Shown: piece after piece, positions 19,846 to 29,292 of the stretch | Layout: the number at the start of each line of letters is the position of its first letter | Position numbering within the stretch: position 1 is the first letter of the stretch | Assembly (NCBI GenBank): GCA_014728035.1 | Contig: WJMJ01000079.1 | Location: forward strand, 64,001-128,000 | Direction: 5' to 3' | Source of the DNA: Promethearchaeota archaeon | GTDB lineage: Archaea > Asgardarchaeota > Thorarchaeia > Thorarchaeales > Thorarchaeaceae | DNA: 64,000 nt | The notes under the pieces: generated by a model | Told to the model about the DNA's origin: nothing | Database searches by the model: none | The model's input: the letters and a program-made list of their open reading frames with translations, nothing else | Program-made: the position numbers and the translations under genes

Positions 19846-22049
19846 CAACGGTGACAGAAACTCAACATCCAGTAGAAAAAATTCTTCAATCTATTGGGAT
19901 TATACCTCGAGGTGTCCAAGATGATGCAATTAATGCTGGAATACTTGAAGGAAAAAGTATCATGGTTTCAAGTCCAACCGGGTCAGGAAAAACCTTGGTC
20001 GGGGAGATAGCACTACTTAGAGCAACGTTGGACTCCAAAAAAGGACTTTATCTTGTTCCACTTCGAGCACTTGCTGTTCAAATTGCTAAGATATTGGATG
20101 AACGGTATGGTACTCAAGGTATTTCAATTGGTTTGAGTACTGGAGATTTTCACACGACAGGTGAAGAACTTTCATCATATGATATCATTGTAACAACTTA
20201 TGAGAGAGCTGATTCTTTACTTCGGAGAAATGCATCTTGGCTGCCATCACTTGGAACAGTTGTGATAGATGAGGTACAGACATTATCTGATAGTTATAGA
20301 GGAGCTAGATTAGAGTCTACAATAATTCGACTCAAACGATTGGTATCTGATTTGCAAATGATTGTATTATCAGCAACTATAGATGCACCAGAAGAAATAG
20401 CTGAGTGGTTGAATTGTGAATTAATTGTTTCTAATAAACGCCCAATACCACTTCATTGTAGAATCATTTCAACTAGCAACAAATCTGCGGCTATGAAGGA
20501 GATAGCTATGACTACTGTTCAGAGCAATGGGCAGTGTTTACTTTTCCATCGAACCCGTAGAGCAGCAGAATCTCAGGCTGTCAAACTTGCAGCTGAAGTT
20601 GGTCGTCAGTTCACAACTGAGGAAAAAAAGAATATTGATGCCGAATTGGAATCGGTAGTGAATTGGGATGTACGATTACCTGCTGATTTGAAAGCGCTCC
20701 TTCATGATGGTACTGCTTATCATCATGCAGGATTGGACTATCAAGCAAGACGCCTAATTGAAGAACTTTTCAAGAGAGGTATGATTAGGGTAATTTGTGC
20801 CACAACAACTTTGGCATCGGGTATTAACCTTCCAGCACGAACTGTTGTTCTTGCATCTGTTAGATCTCCCTCGAATCATAACACATTCTTATCTGGAAAT
20901 CAGATTCATCAGATGCTAGGAAGAGCTGGTCGTCCAGGATTTGATAACAGAGGAATCGGTGTTATTCTTGTTGGCAGTTCTGGAGAGGCTGATTTAGTTC
21001 GTCATAAATATTTCAAAACCATTACGGGAATTGATGGTAAAACAAAGGAGCTTCATCCAAAATATGATAGACTATCTAGTAAACTGAATCAGGCAAATGC
21101 TCTCACAGAGCAATTACTTGTGTCCTTTGACCTATACGGCTCCTCCACTATTGAAACTATTAAAAATGGTATTTTCTCCGAGTCCTTTTTGATGTTCTGT
21201 AGCGTTCGTGATACTAAATCTCCGCATCGTATATTACAACTTGGAGAGATTTCTGCAATTACCTCTATTGAACGTCATGCTTTACAAGATGCAATTCTAT
21301 CTGCCAGACAAAATGTTCTTGCATCAGTAAAACTTAGAGAGAAGACTGATTCCGTTATAGGAGGGATAGTAACTGTCTGGCAGGGTGGGAACTTCACATC
21401 AAGATTCTCAGCTAAATTATCACCAGATGGAACTGTGGAAGGTCCTATGTGTTCATGTGGCTCTCCATTGGATTCCTATGGAATCCTTTGTCCACATTTG
21501 GTAGCTTTAGGATTTGCTGCATCAAAAGAACTTGGAGCTATAGCAGATTATGTAATTCCTTTGGCACTATCAGAAACAAGTCCATTGGGGGTACTTACAA
21601 AATTATCCCTTGTTGAAGGTGGAGAGGATGGAGAATATATCATAACACATCTTGGAAGAGTTGTTAATCGACTCTATCTAAGCATCCCAACAATCCGAGA
21701 AATGATTGCTATCCTTCCATTCACTGAATCATCTGGAGACCTTCTCTGGTTATTGCGGCATCTTGTTGCGATTGAATCGGGTTCCACCTTAGATGAATCA
21801 TATGATAATCTGGTAGCTGGTGTAGCCAGCACTGACATTGAGGTTAGCAAACTTGCAGAGAATCTTGGATTACATGTGGGCGATGCATTTGGACTATTAG
21901 AAACCTCAAGATGGCTTCTTTCTGCAATTTCTGCCATAAGTGAAATTGGTGGATTTGAACAATTAACAACAAGATCGCTGGATCTATTAGAATCGCTAGA
22001 TCGAAGTCTTGGAAAAAAAAGTGAAAATATCCGGGAGAAAGAGAAATAA
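19842..22049 (+). CDS. Hel308/Ski2-like SF2 helicase with inserted SWIM zinc finger
   Basis: SPTGSGKT, VPLRALA, TTYER, DEVQ, LSAT, HHAGL, TTTLASGINLPA, QMLGRAGRPG; SWIM CSC-x10-CPH at 21450-21497. Confidence 0.88.
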   Translation: MTTVTETQHPVEKILQSIGIIPRGVQDDAINAGILEGKSIMVSSPTGSGKTLVGEIALLRATLDSKKGLYLVPLRALAVQIAKILDERYGTQGISIGLSTGDFHTTGEELSSYDIIVTTYERADSLLRRNASWLPSLGTVVIDEVQTLSDSYRGARLESTIIRLKRLVSDLQMIVLSATIDAPEEIAEWLNCELIVSNKRPIPLHCRIISTSNKSAAMKEIAMTTVQSNGQCLLFHRTRRAAESQAVKLAAEVGRQFTTEEKKNIDAELESVVNWDVRLPADLKALLHDGTAYHHAGLDYQARRLIEELFKRGMIRVICATTTLASGINLPARTVVLASVRSPSNHNTFLSGNQIHQMLGRAGRPGFDNRGIGVILVGSSGEADLVRHKYFKTITGIDGKTKELHPKYDRLSSKLNQANALTEQLLVSFDLYGSSTIETIKNGIFSESFLMFCSVRDTKSPHRILQLGEISAITSIERHALQDAILSARQNVLASVKLREKTDSVIGGIVTVWQGGNFTSRFSAKLSPDGTVEGPMCSCGSPLDSYGILCPHLVALGFAASKELGAIADYVIPLALSETSPLGVLTKLSLVEGGEDGEYIITHLGRVVNRLYLSIPTIREMIAILPFTESSGDLLWLLRHLVAIESGSTLDESYDNLVAGVASTDIEVSKLAENLGLHVGDAFGLLETSRWLLSAISAISEIGGFEQLTTRSLDLLESLDRSLGKKSENIREKEK

Positions 22050-23608
22050 TGGCAATTTCAGATGAGAGAGAATCAAAAATTGTATCAACTGATACAACTG
22101 ATGAAATAGAAACAGAATATGATATTGTGAAAGCCCTAGAGGCAACTGGACACCTGACTCATACTTATGAAAATGGTTTGGTTCTTGGTGTACGACTGGA
22201 AGGTGTGAAAGGTACGCGTGGTGTACATTTGGATATAGTCCACATCCTTGACCTTAGGAAAGCAGAGTTTGGTAAAACTAGTTTAGCCATGCGGGCTGCA
22301 GTTTTAGAGAGTATGAATAGAGACCTCGAATCCATTCTTGAAGATGTTGACCTTCATACATTTTTGGATGCCCAGACGATCACTACTGCTTGGGGTCGAA
22401 TTCAGATTCCTCTTCTTGGGTCTGGAGACCATCCTTCCAAATCTATGATACACGAAACTCGAACGGTGTATGTCATTGTAAAGGATACAAAATCTTCAAA
22501 GGACTTTTCTTGGCTAACTGAATCCAAAAGGGTCGTTACCCCTGAAGAATTTGCCTTTTTACGTCTCACTGATACCAAGTCACTTAGAAGTGAATTGAAA
22601 AACCAAATCACCTCAGAAAAATGGAAGTTGCTTGAAAAGGGATTTAGGGATAGCTGGCTAGGAATCATATTTTCTTCAATAATATTACTTGGCATAGGAA
22701 CAATTGTTGGCATTCTTTTTGCCAATCAAGGAAATATGGCTGCTCCAATCATTTCAATTATTATTGGTTTGATGGTTGGAGGTGCATTCTTGAGTTCATC
22801 AAGGACAAGTCTTTCTGAATTTCGGAAGATAGTTTCAGAAGAGGAAAGAAAATTATCTGAAATGGGAGATAAAACAAGAATAGAGTTATCCGTACTTGAA
22901 AATCAAGATGACATGCGCCTCTTGGGCGATTTGAATTTCATAGTGTCTCCCTTAATGGCACAAGCTGCAAATGCTCTTTCGAGTGCTGAATATGATAATG
23001 CGGTCAGTTCGGTTTGTTCTGTGATGGATGAATGTATGCGTTTTTCACCGAGCGACCTAGATACAATAAAAAGTTCACTTGTTGGAGGTGATGAGGGATT
23101 GGCAAAATTTGTTGGGTTCTTTGCTGAGCTTGGGGCTGATGAATATGAGACTGATTTGGCATTGGCTTATGTAGCTTTAACTGGCTATGCAATCGACCCT
23201 ATTTCTGCTGAAGAAGTCATAACTCATATTGCAACCCTCAATAATGCCCTCTATCATATTGGAGCTTTGCGCCCAGATGTGAAGGAGATTATTGATGATT
23301 TATTGAATTCGCGTGCAGGGAAGGAAGCTGTAGAGTATTTAAACGAAGAGCTAAGTAAACCGTTAGAACCAATTCCCGATCCAGTAGAAATCGATGACGG
23401 TGAAAGCGAAGACCACTTGAAAGACACTTCAACCATTTCAAGTGAGATGGATTCATTAAAGGAGTTCATAACAGAATCGGAAGCAACGCAAGTTGAATCA
23501 GGTGAACCATTAGAAGATGTGGATTTAGATGACATATCAATGACAGGGTCTGATATCGTTTCCAGGATAAATATGGATATAACACCGGAGGATGAAGAAT
23601 CTGATTAG
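22049..23608 (+). CDS. 2-TM membrane protein with large soluble domains and acidic tail
   Basis: TM pair ~aa 203-248; TAATG coupling to the helicase. Confidence 0.75.
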   Translation: MAISDERESKIVSTDTTDEIETEYDIVKALEATGHLTHTYENGLVLGVRLEGVKGTRGVHLDIVHILDLRKAEFGKTSLAMRAAVLESMNRDLESILEDVDLHTFLDAQTITTAWGRIQIPLLGSGDHPSKSMIHETRTVYVIVKDTKSSKDFSWLTESKRVVTPEEFAFLRLTDTKSLRSELKNQITSEKWKLLEKGFRDSWLGIIFSSIILLGIGTIVGILFANQGNMAAPIISIIIGLMVGGAFLSSSRTSLSEFRKIVSEEERKLSEMGDKTRIELSVLENQDDMRLLGDLNFIVSPLMAQAANALSSAEYDNAVSSVCSVMDECMRFSPSDLDTIKSSLVGGDEGLAKFVGFFAELGADEYETDLALAYVALTGYAIDPISAEEVITHIATLNNALYHIGALRPDVKEIIDDLLNSRAGKEAVEYLNEELSKPLEPIPDPVEIDDGESEDHLKDTSTISSEMDSLKEFITESEATQVESGEPLEDVDLDDISMTGSDIVSRINMDITPEDEESD

Positions 23609-24302
23609 TGTTTCACAAATATCAGAACTTGTTCTTTTTCCTGGTTTGATGCATATTTGGGGAAAAGCGGGTTCTGGAAAAACAAGCTTGGCAGTCGCTC
23701 TTGCTTCTTACGCGTCAAGAAAAGGGCCCGTAGAATGGATATGTACTGACGGGAAGAAGCTATTCCTTCCTCAATTGAAGAAGAATATCATACAGCAGAG
23801 GGGTAATATTGATACAGTCACTGTACAGATACCTCAATCCTACCATGAGAGCCAACAAGCGATTCTGAACCTAGTTGAAGATATATCTCCTCTTACAAAG
23901 TGTATTGTAATCGATTCGATAACTAGAGCCCTAGATATGAGTCATGATGAATCACAACTCTGGGGAAGAGAACTGATCGAAGAAGTATTACCAACCCTTG
24001 CAAGTTTAAGTTTAGCAAGAAGAATTCAAATTATCATTACTAGTGAGATACGAGAAATTCCAGACAGAGGACCAGTTCCAGTTCTACATGATGTTATTAA
24101 TCGCTGGTCTGATGTAGAACTTGCTGTCAGAAAATCAGTAAATCCAAGAGTTTCAGAGATTTTCCTCTATTCTTCTAATTCTCCAGAATTCAGTCTGATA
24201 GGTTCTATCTCACTGAATTCTAATCAAGTAGCATCACTTCATGATACAGATACCGAAAAAACAATTGGAGGACATAGTAGTGTTCAGCAAGGGACTGTTT
24301 AA
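23592..24302 (+). CDS. RadB/Rad51-paralog-like RecA-fold ATPase
   Basis: HIWGKAGSGKT Walker A, WICTDG, IVIDSI Walker B, IIITSEIRE; lacks the RadA N-terminal domain. Confidence 0.8.
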   Translation: MKNLISVSQISELVLFPGLMHIWGKAGSGKTSLAVALASYASRKGPVEWICTDGKKLFLPQLKKNIIQQRGNIDTVTVQIPQSYHESQQAILNLVEDISPLTKCIVIDSITRALDMSHDESQLWGRELIEEVLPTLASLSLARRIQIIITSEIREIPDRGPVPVLHDVINRWSDVELAVRKSVNPRVSEIFLYSSNSPEFSLIGSISLNSNQVASLHDTDTEKTIGGHSSVQQGTV

Positions 24303-25245
24303 GCTTGTTGGAATTGGAATTACCATTGCTATTGCTTTACTCATTGGATCAAATATTATCACCTCGATTATAGCAATTGTCAGTGAAGCTAAAGCAGGTA
24401 ATCCTTTCCCCTTGATTTTGATTTACATATCCACAGTAGTGATTGTTGTTATCTCTCGTTTTTTCGATGACAAAGCTATAACTGGTGTTTTATTGCGAAT
24501 CAGTTCACTTATTGCAATCTCTTATTCTGGGATTTTGTCTTTCGTAATCGGAATTCCTTATGGGATAGCTATCTCTCTAACATTCTTTGCACTCACGACA
24601 CTGTTTTTCGCAGCGCTATATGACCCGTCTGAGATTAGGAGCTTTCTGAATTCTGATGAATATCTAAGCCAGTTAAGTAAAATTAGGAAATGGACTACAG
24701 GAGATTCTTATCAAAGTGCAGGGATTTCAACAACACTATTGAATCTACATAGGGTTCTACTAATTTCTCAAGATGATCGATCAAAAGTTATTAGCTTACT
24801 CAAGAGTCGGCCCTATTTGCCAATTTCACTCCACCATTTTGTGGATTGTGATGTTGTGATTCTATCTATCAATCCTGAAGAAACCAATCAAACATGTAGA
24901 ATCATCGCACTTTTCAAAGAACTGCAAATTGATTCAGCAAAAGAAGCTCCCAATCTTATGGCTGAAGCTATATTATCAATTCCTTTACTTGATGAGCAGA
25001 ATGGGATCATTAAGAGCGATTATAGAGTTGTAAAGTCCGAATCATCGGTTCAAAATCTGCTTGAAACGTTTCCTATACGAATGATAGTCATTGGGCATCC
25101 TGAAGGATTGCAAGTTCTCCTTCCAGAACATGAAATTCTTGGTGTTGACTCTCAACCACTTCCAGCGGGTCATGAAAATGAGATTTTACTAATGCATAAT
25201 TTTCAATCGATACGGGAGGTATCAAAAAATGCGAATATCACTTAG
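24280..25245 (+). CDS. 4-TM membrane protein with C-terminal soluble domain
   Basis: four N-terminal hydrophobic helices; GGAGG RBS before GTG 24280. Confidence 0.7.
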   Translation: MFSKGLFKLVGIGITIAIALLIGSNIITSIIAIVSEAKAGNPFPLILIYISTVVIVVISRFFDDKAITGVLLRISSLIAISYSGILSFVIGIPYGIAISLTFFALTTLFFAALYDPSEIRSFLNSDEYLSQLSKIRKWTTGDSYQSAGISTTLLNLHRVLLISQDDRSKVISLLKSRPYLPISLHHFVDCDVVILSINPEETNQTCRIIALFKELQIDSAKEAPNLMAEAILSIPLLDEQNGIIKSDYRVVKSESSVQNLLETFPIRMIVIGHPEGLQVLLPEHEILGVDSQPLPAGHENEILLMHNFQSIREVSKNANIT

Positions 25246-25945
25246 TGCTTTTGATGTTGATGATATAGAAAATCCAATAATTCGTCTTTATCCGGAGGTC
25301 CTTCATCGTTCTGTAGGTCGATTGTTACTTCCTGGACAAATCAGTTTGTTGTACGGTGAAACTAAAGCACCTCTTACTCGATTGGCACATTTTATTACTT
25401 GTTCTATCGCAGAGAAACATCAAGTGCTATTTCTTGATTCGAGCAATAATTATAATGCCTCTCTTGTTAAACGGTATTTAGAAAGATTTCAGAATCGTAG
25501 AGATGTTCTAGAAAACATTCTAGTAGGAAAAGTGCTCTCTCTTTCTGATTTAGTTAATCTAACTGAACAAGTAGATGAGATTCAGAATCTGCGCTGTATT
25601 GTCCTTGATAGTTTAAGTGGAGTATTGAATCTTAGTGGCTCTCCTGGTGCCATCGAGCGACAGAGATTTCTTTTCAAAACTCTTCACGTTATGAGAAAGC
25701 TAGTCAATTTAACAGACATTCATTTTGTATCTACGAGTTATTCAACTCAAGATTGGGATACTGGAGAAAGAAGGCCTATAGGAGGTAATGTTCTAGCTCA
25801 TAATCTGGATTCTATTCTTCGAGTTAATATTATTGATGAGAAAAAGAAAATTTTGCAAATAGAAATCGAGCGCAGCTCAATGCCCACTAATCATGATATT
25901 TTTGCTCTGAAAAGCTCAATATCTGGATTTAGAACTATTTCGTGA
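25229..25945 (+). CDS. RadB/Rad51-paralog-like protein with degenerate Walker A
   Basis: GQISLLYGETKAPLT (no GKT), VLFLDS..Y, LENILV, IVLDSL, RPIGGNVLAH. Confidence 0.75.
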   Translation: MRISLSAFDVDDIENPIIRLYPEVLHRSVGRLLLPGQISLLYGETKAPLTRLAHFITCSIAEKHQVLFLDSSNNYNASLVKRYLERFQNRRDVLENILVGKVLSLSDLVNLTEQVDEIQNLRCIVLDSLSGVLNLSGSPGAIERQRFLFKTLHVMRKLVNLTDIHFVSTSYSTQDWDTGERRPIGGNVLAHNLDSILRVNIIDEKKKILQIEIERSSMPTNHDIFALKSSISGFRTIS

Positions 25946-25955
25946 TGGTGATTCC

Positions 25956-26945
25956 ATGGGTGTAAAGGGTTGGAATTTTATTCCTTGGCGATGGGTTGAA
26001 CTTGATGAAATCATTCAAGGCCCGATTGCCATAGATGTACCAAATTATTTGACTCGTAGATTAACTGTATTCAGATCTCAAAGAATACAAAATGGAAGAA
26101 TTCCTCTTCAGCATGTGAGTGTGATTTTGAGCATCATCAAATCCGCATTGGCACACAAAATAACACCTCTATTTCTTTTTGATGGCCCTCCTGAATCGCT
26201 GAAACGAAAACCTAACCCCTCACTCTTGATCGAAGCTCAAAATTTGTACAAGGAGTTTCGAAAAACCAATGATGCGTTTGATGATTCGATTTCTGAACGT
26301 CTCTATAATAGTCCTGCTATTAGAATGTATTTTGTTATGGAACATACAAAGGATATTGCGTCTTATTGTGGAATTCCTGTAATTAGGTCTCCAAGTGAAG
26401 CAGAACTTTTTGGTGCATTACTCTGCAAACAAAAATTAGCTACCACAGTTGTCTCAAATGATGTTGATGCATTACTATTTGGAAGTCATCATGTAACCAA
26501 ACAATTGCAATTTTCAAAAGAAATGATTCATCGAACAACAATTAGTGATTTGAAAGATGTCTTGAACCTTAACCTTTCACAACTCAGAGATTTAGCTATA
26601 CTATGTGGGTGTGATTTCTACCCTTCTGGACTGAAAGGAATTGGACCAAGAAAAGGTGCTGCTTTACTCAATCGTCATGGGAATCTCTCTAACGTATTAG
26701 ATTCACAAGGAATTTATGGTGTTGAGAAAGAGGATATGATTCGAGCACGTGAAGTTTTCGACGAAGCTAGTTACCTCTCAATTCATGGAGTTAATACTTC
26801 TCTGCGCCCTCCATTAGTTTCAAAATTGGAAAACATTTTGCATCCTGTTCTTGGTTCAGATCGAGCCAACACGTGGGCTTATGAAATGGTATCATTATGG
26901 AAAAGGTTCAGAGTGAAGCAGGCAACATTAGATAAATGGATTTGA
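25956..26945 (+). CDS. FEN1/XPG-family structure-specific nuclease (divergent), C-terminal PIP box
   Basis: MGV start, AID, FDG.PP..K, PSEAE, SNDVDALLFG, GCDF...GLKGIGP (H2TH), QATLDKWI. Confidence 0.88.
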   Translation: MGVKGWNFIPWRWVELDEIIQGPIAIDVPNYLTRRLTVFRSQRIQNGRIPLQHVSVILSIIKSALAHKITPLFLFDGPPESLKRKPNPSLLIEAQNLYKEFRKTNDAFDDSISERLYNSPAIRMYFVMEHTKDIASYCGIPVIRSPSEAELFGALLCKQKLATTVVSNDVDALLFGSHHVTKQLQFSKEMIHRTTISDLKDVLNLNLSQLRDLAILCGCDFYPSGLKGIGPRKGAALLNRHGNLSNVLDSQGIYGVEKEDMIRAREVFDEASYLSIHGVNTSLRPPLVSKLENILHPVLGSDRANTWAYEMVSLWKRFRVKQATLDKWI

Positions 26946-26954
26946 GGATTCTAT

Positions 26955-29006
26955 TTATTTCCAAGGATCTACAAAACGACAGTCAGATTCATCATATATC
27001 CTTTGTAATACTGTATGGTAGTATGTCCATTGACGTTCGATATTTGCTATCATATATTCAAAGTTATTCTTCTCTAAGATGTCCGCAATTTCACCAATTA
27101 TTACCTCTCCATATTCGATAGGCATTCTAATCGTTGAGAATAATTCGTTAGTGTCTTGATTGTAAAATCCTTGCGCATAATTGGAGAACCTTGTGATATC
27201 CTTCAGAATATCTGTAACTGATTTCTTTCCATCTCCTCTGGCTAAAATGTGATACCCATTCGGAATTCCACAATAGTCCATTATGGGGTGATGAATTACC
27301 GAAATTAATCTTTTCTGTGAAAGATGTTTTAATATATAATCTGATGTTCTTTTTGGAATCTTAATAGAATCAAGTAACCACTTCATCTTATGCCAATATT
27401 CATGAGACCCCCACAAAACGCTCATGACGTCAATTTCTCTCTGGGTAGGAATTACTTTTTCGCTAGAAGAAGTCACTTCACGAAACATCCAATTCATCAA
27501 TCTGTGTGATTTCAATTCCTCTGGATATCGCCACTTTTTCTTATCTTGATTGTACAGGTCAAGACGATACGAAAAGAACAAAGAGTTACCTGTGACTTGA
27601 AGCATTTCTTGTTTATCTGGGCCTTCCGATTTTTCTGGTTCAACATGAAGTGTACCAATCTGATACAGATTTCCTGTAAAATGCACTTTCTCAACTAATC
27701 CATCTGATTTGAGGAGAGGCCTCCTCTTCTTTGCTACAACGTATCTAAACTTTAGACCCATAGCTTGTAGATTGACTATTGTTGTAGTATTAATGATTTG
27801 TTCAATCTTGGCTAGATGTCGGAATGAACCCCTTTTTGAAATCTGAAGAGCATTTTCGATTTCCTCGGCTGTTATCCTTCTTAGTTCATTACCAGTGTTT
27901 AGATACCTGCATATGTCTATTAGATCTTGATAGTTAAGGAAATTTATTCTTTCTTTAAAGACATCAATAAGGTCATTAAAATCATCAACAAGGACACCAT
28001 CTGGACGGACTCCAACTATCATCCATTTTGATCTTGTAGCAGCAGGTTGAAACATCTCACTTACCCGTGATTTGAAGTAATCTAGGGTTGGAGCCTTTTT
28101 TGGCAAGATAGTCGCAAGTAATTTCAAATCTGTTTCTGTAGGATTTTCTTTTTCAATTATCTCTGAGAATTTATTGAAAGTTGCTCTAGAAGAATCTTGA
28201 GTTGCAATCCGATTATATTCTTTCTTGAAATCATCGGCAGTTTCCAACAGCTGATGTTTTTCTCTGTGGTAATCTCGAATTTCATCAATTGTAAGGTCTA
28301 ACTTTGGTAAGACCTCAAGTAGTAGTTTCGTCTTATCATGCGATTCAAGTAGTATAATTTGACTTCGTAAATTCCAAATTGCAGGATCTGATGGTGAGAA
28401 TTGCGATAATTCTTCCAGTATTGATTTAAGAAGCTCTATAGTTTCTTCAACGGTAGAGTTTCCCACTAGACTTTCATTAATATTACTCAGCAATTCTGTC
28501 TTCACTTTATTGATGTGGAATTGCCATAGCACTAATAACCACTTGATTGATTCGCCTGTTATTTCTGCAAGATTATTTATTGTGATGATTGCCGCTGATA
28601 ATGGGTCCAATCCTGGAGTTATCAAGTCCATTTCTTGCAAAGAAGGAACATCTTTAGTGATAATTCTTCCAATGGTATATGCAAATGACCTAGTATGTTC
28701 AAACCCTCTCGGAATCATCGATTCCAATTTTTTTACTATGGGTTCATCTGATTGTATATAGAGTGGACGATTCAGGATGCTTCTTAAGGATGATAAACCC
28801 AAAGACACATCATGCTTCGTCCAATCAAATTCATATTCTTTCAGTGGTTTAAGGTCATATTTTGATTCGAACAATTCTGGTTCTATTTTTTCCGACACCG
28901 ATTCATCAGTCCGATCAACTATCAATCTCTTTATGATAACCGCGTCATCGATAAGTCTCCCTTTTTGAAGCCAATCAATTGAGATTGTTGCTCTGGGACT
29001 CATCAT
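26955..29006 (-). CDS. large putative regulator with tandem (wHTH + Lrp/AsnC-like) C-terminal modules
   Basis: EEIENALQISKRG..HL HTH, VNLQAMGL, YRLDLYNQDKKKW, second HTH LDSIKIPKRT; paralog of 37917-39887. Confidence 0.6.
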   Translation of the reverse strand: MMSPRATISIDWLQKGRLIDDAVIIKRLIVDRTDESVSEKIEPELFESKYDLKPLKEYEFDWTKHDVSLGLSSLRSILNRPLYIQSDEPIVKKLESMIPRGFEHTRSFAYTIGRIITKDVPSLQEMDLITPGLDPLSAAIITINNLAEITGESIKWLLVLWQFHINKVKTELLSNINESLVGNSTVEETIELLKSILEELSQFSPSDPAIWNLRSQIILLESHDKTKLLLEVLPKLDLTIDEIRDYHREKHQLLETADDFKKEYNRIATQDSSRATFNKFSEIIEKENPTETDLKLLATILPKKAPTLDYFKSRVSEMFQPAATRSKWMIVGVRPDGVLVDDFNDLIDVFKERINFLNYQDLIDICRYLNTGNELRRITAEEIENALQISKRGSFRHLAKIEQIINTTTIVNLQAMGLKFRYVVAKKRRPLLKSDGLVEKVHFTGNLYQIGTLHVEPEKSEGPDKQEMLQVTGNSLFFSYRLDLYNQDKKKWRYPEELKSHRLMNWMFREVTSSSEKVIPTQREIDVMSVLWGSHEYWHKMKWLLDSIKIPKRTSDYILKHLSQKRLISVIHHPIMDYCGIPNGYHILARGDGKKSVTDILKDITRFSNYAQGFYNQDTNELFSTIRMPIEYGEVIIGEIADILEKNNFEYMIANIERQWTYYHTVLQRIYDESDCRFVDPWK

Positions 29007-29124
29007 GGTTCATCTCATTTTAGCCCTTCATTCATTCCAAAAGGTGAATTCTGAGCAATGACACTGCCTAAAAAATGATTTGGAATCTTTACTCTATATT
29101 AATGAATATATGCATGCTCATTAT

Positions 29125-29136
29125 CTGTCGTGGAAA
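29125..29136 (-). promoter_or_regulatory. second copy of the TTTCCACGACAG motif
   Basis: ctgtcgtggaaa is the exact reverse complement of 10854-10865; it lies in a divergent intergenic region. Confidence 0.4.
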
Positions 29137-29292
29137 TATTATAACTCTTTATAGGTATTTTAGGGCTCTTATAATGCCTATTTATTTGATGAGATAATTC
29201 CAAAACCCTTGTTGTACACTATTTGTTTGTGGCTCAAATGAGTGCCACATGGATAACGATGTAAAGAAAATCGGGGTTGAAAAAAGGTGCAA

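Noticed and set aside
10854-29136. integrated conjugative element or provirus
   Set aside because: No integrase, relaxase, primase, capsid, tRNA att site or direct repeats recognised, and no obvious compositional shift; a domesticated origin cannot be excluded
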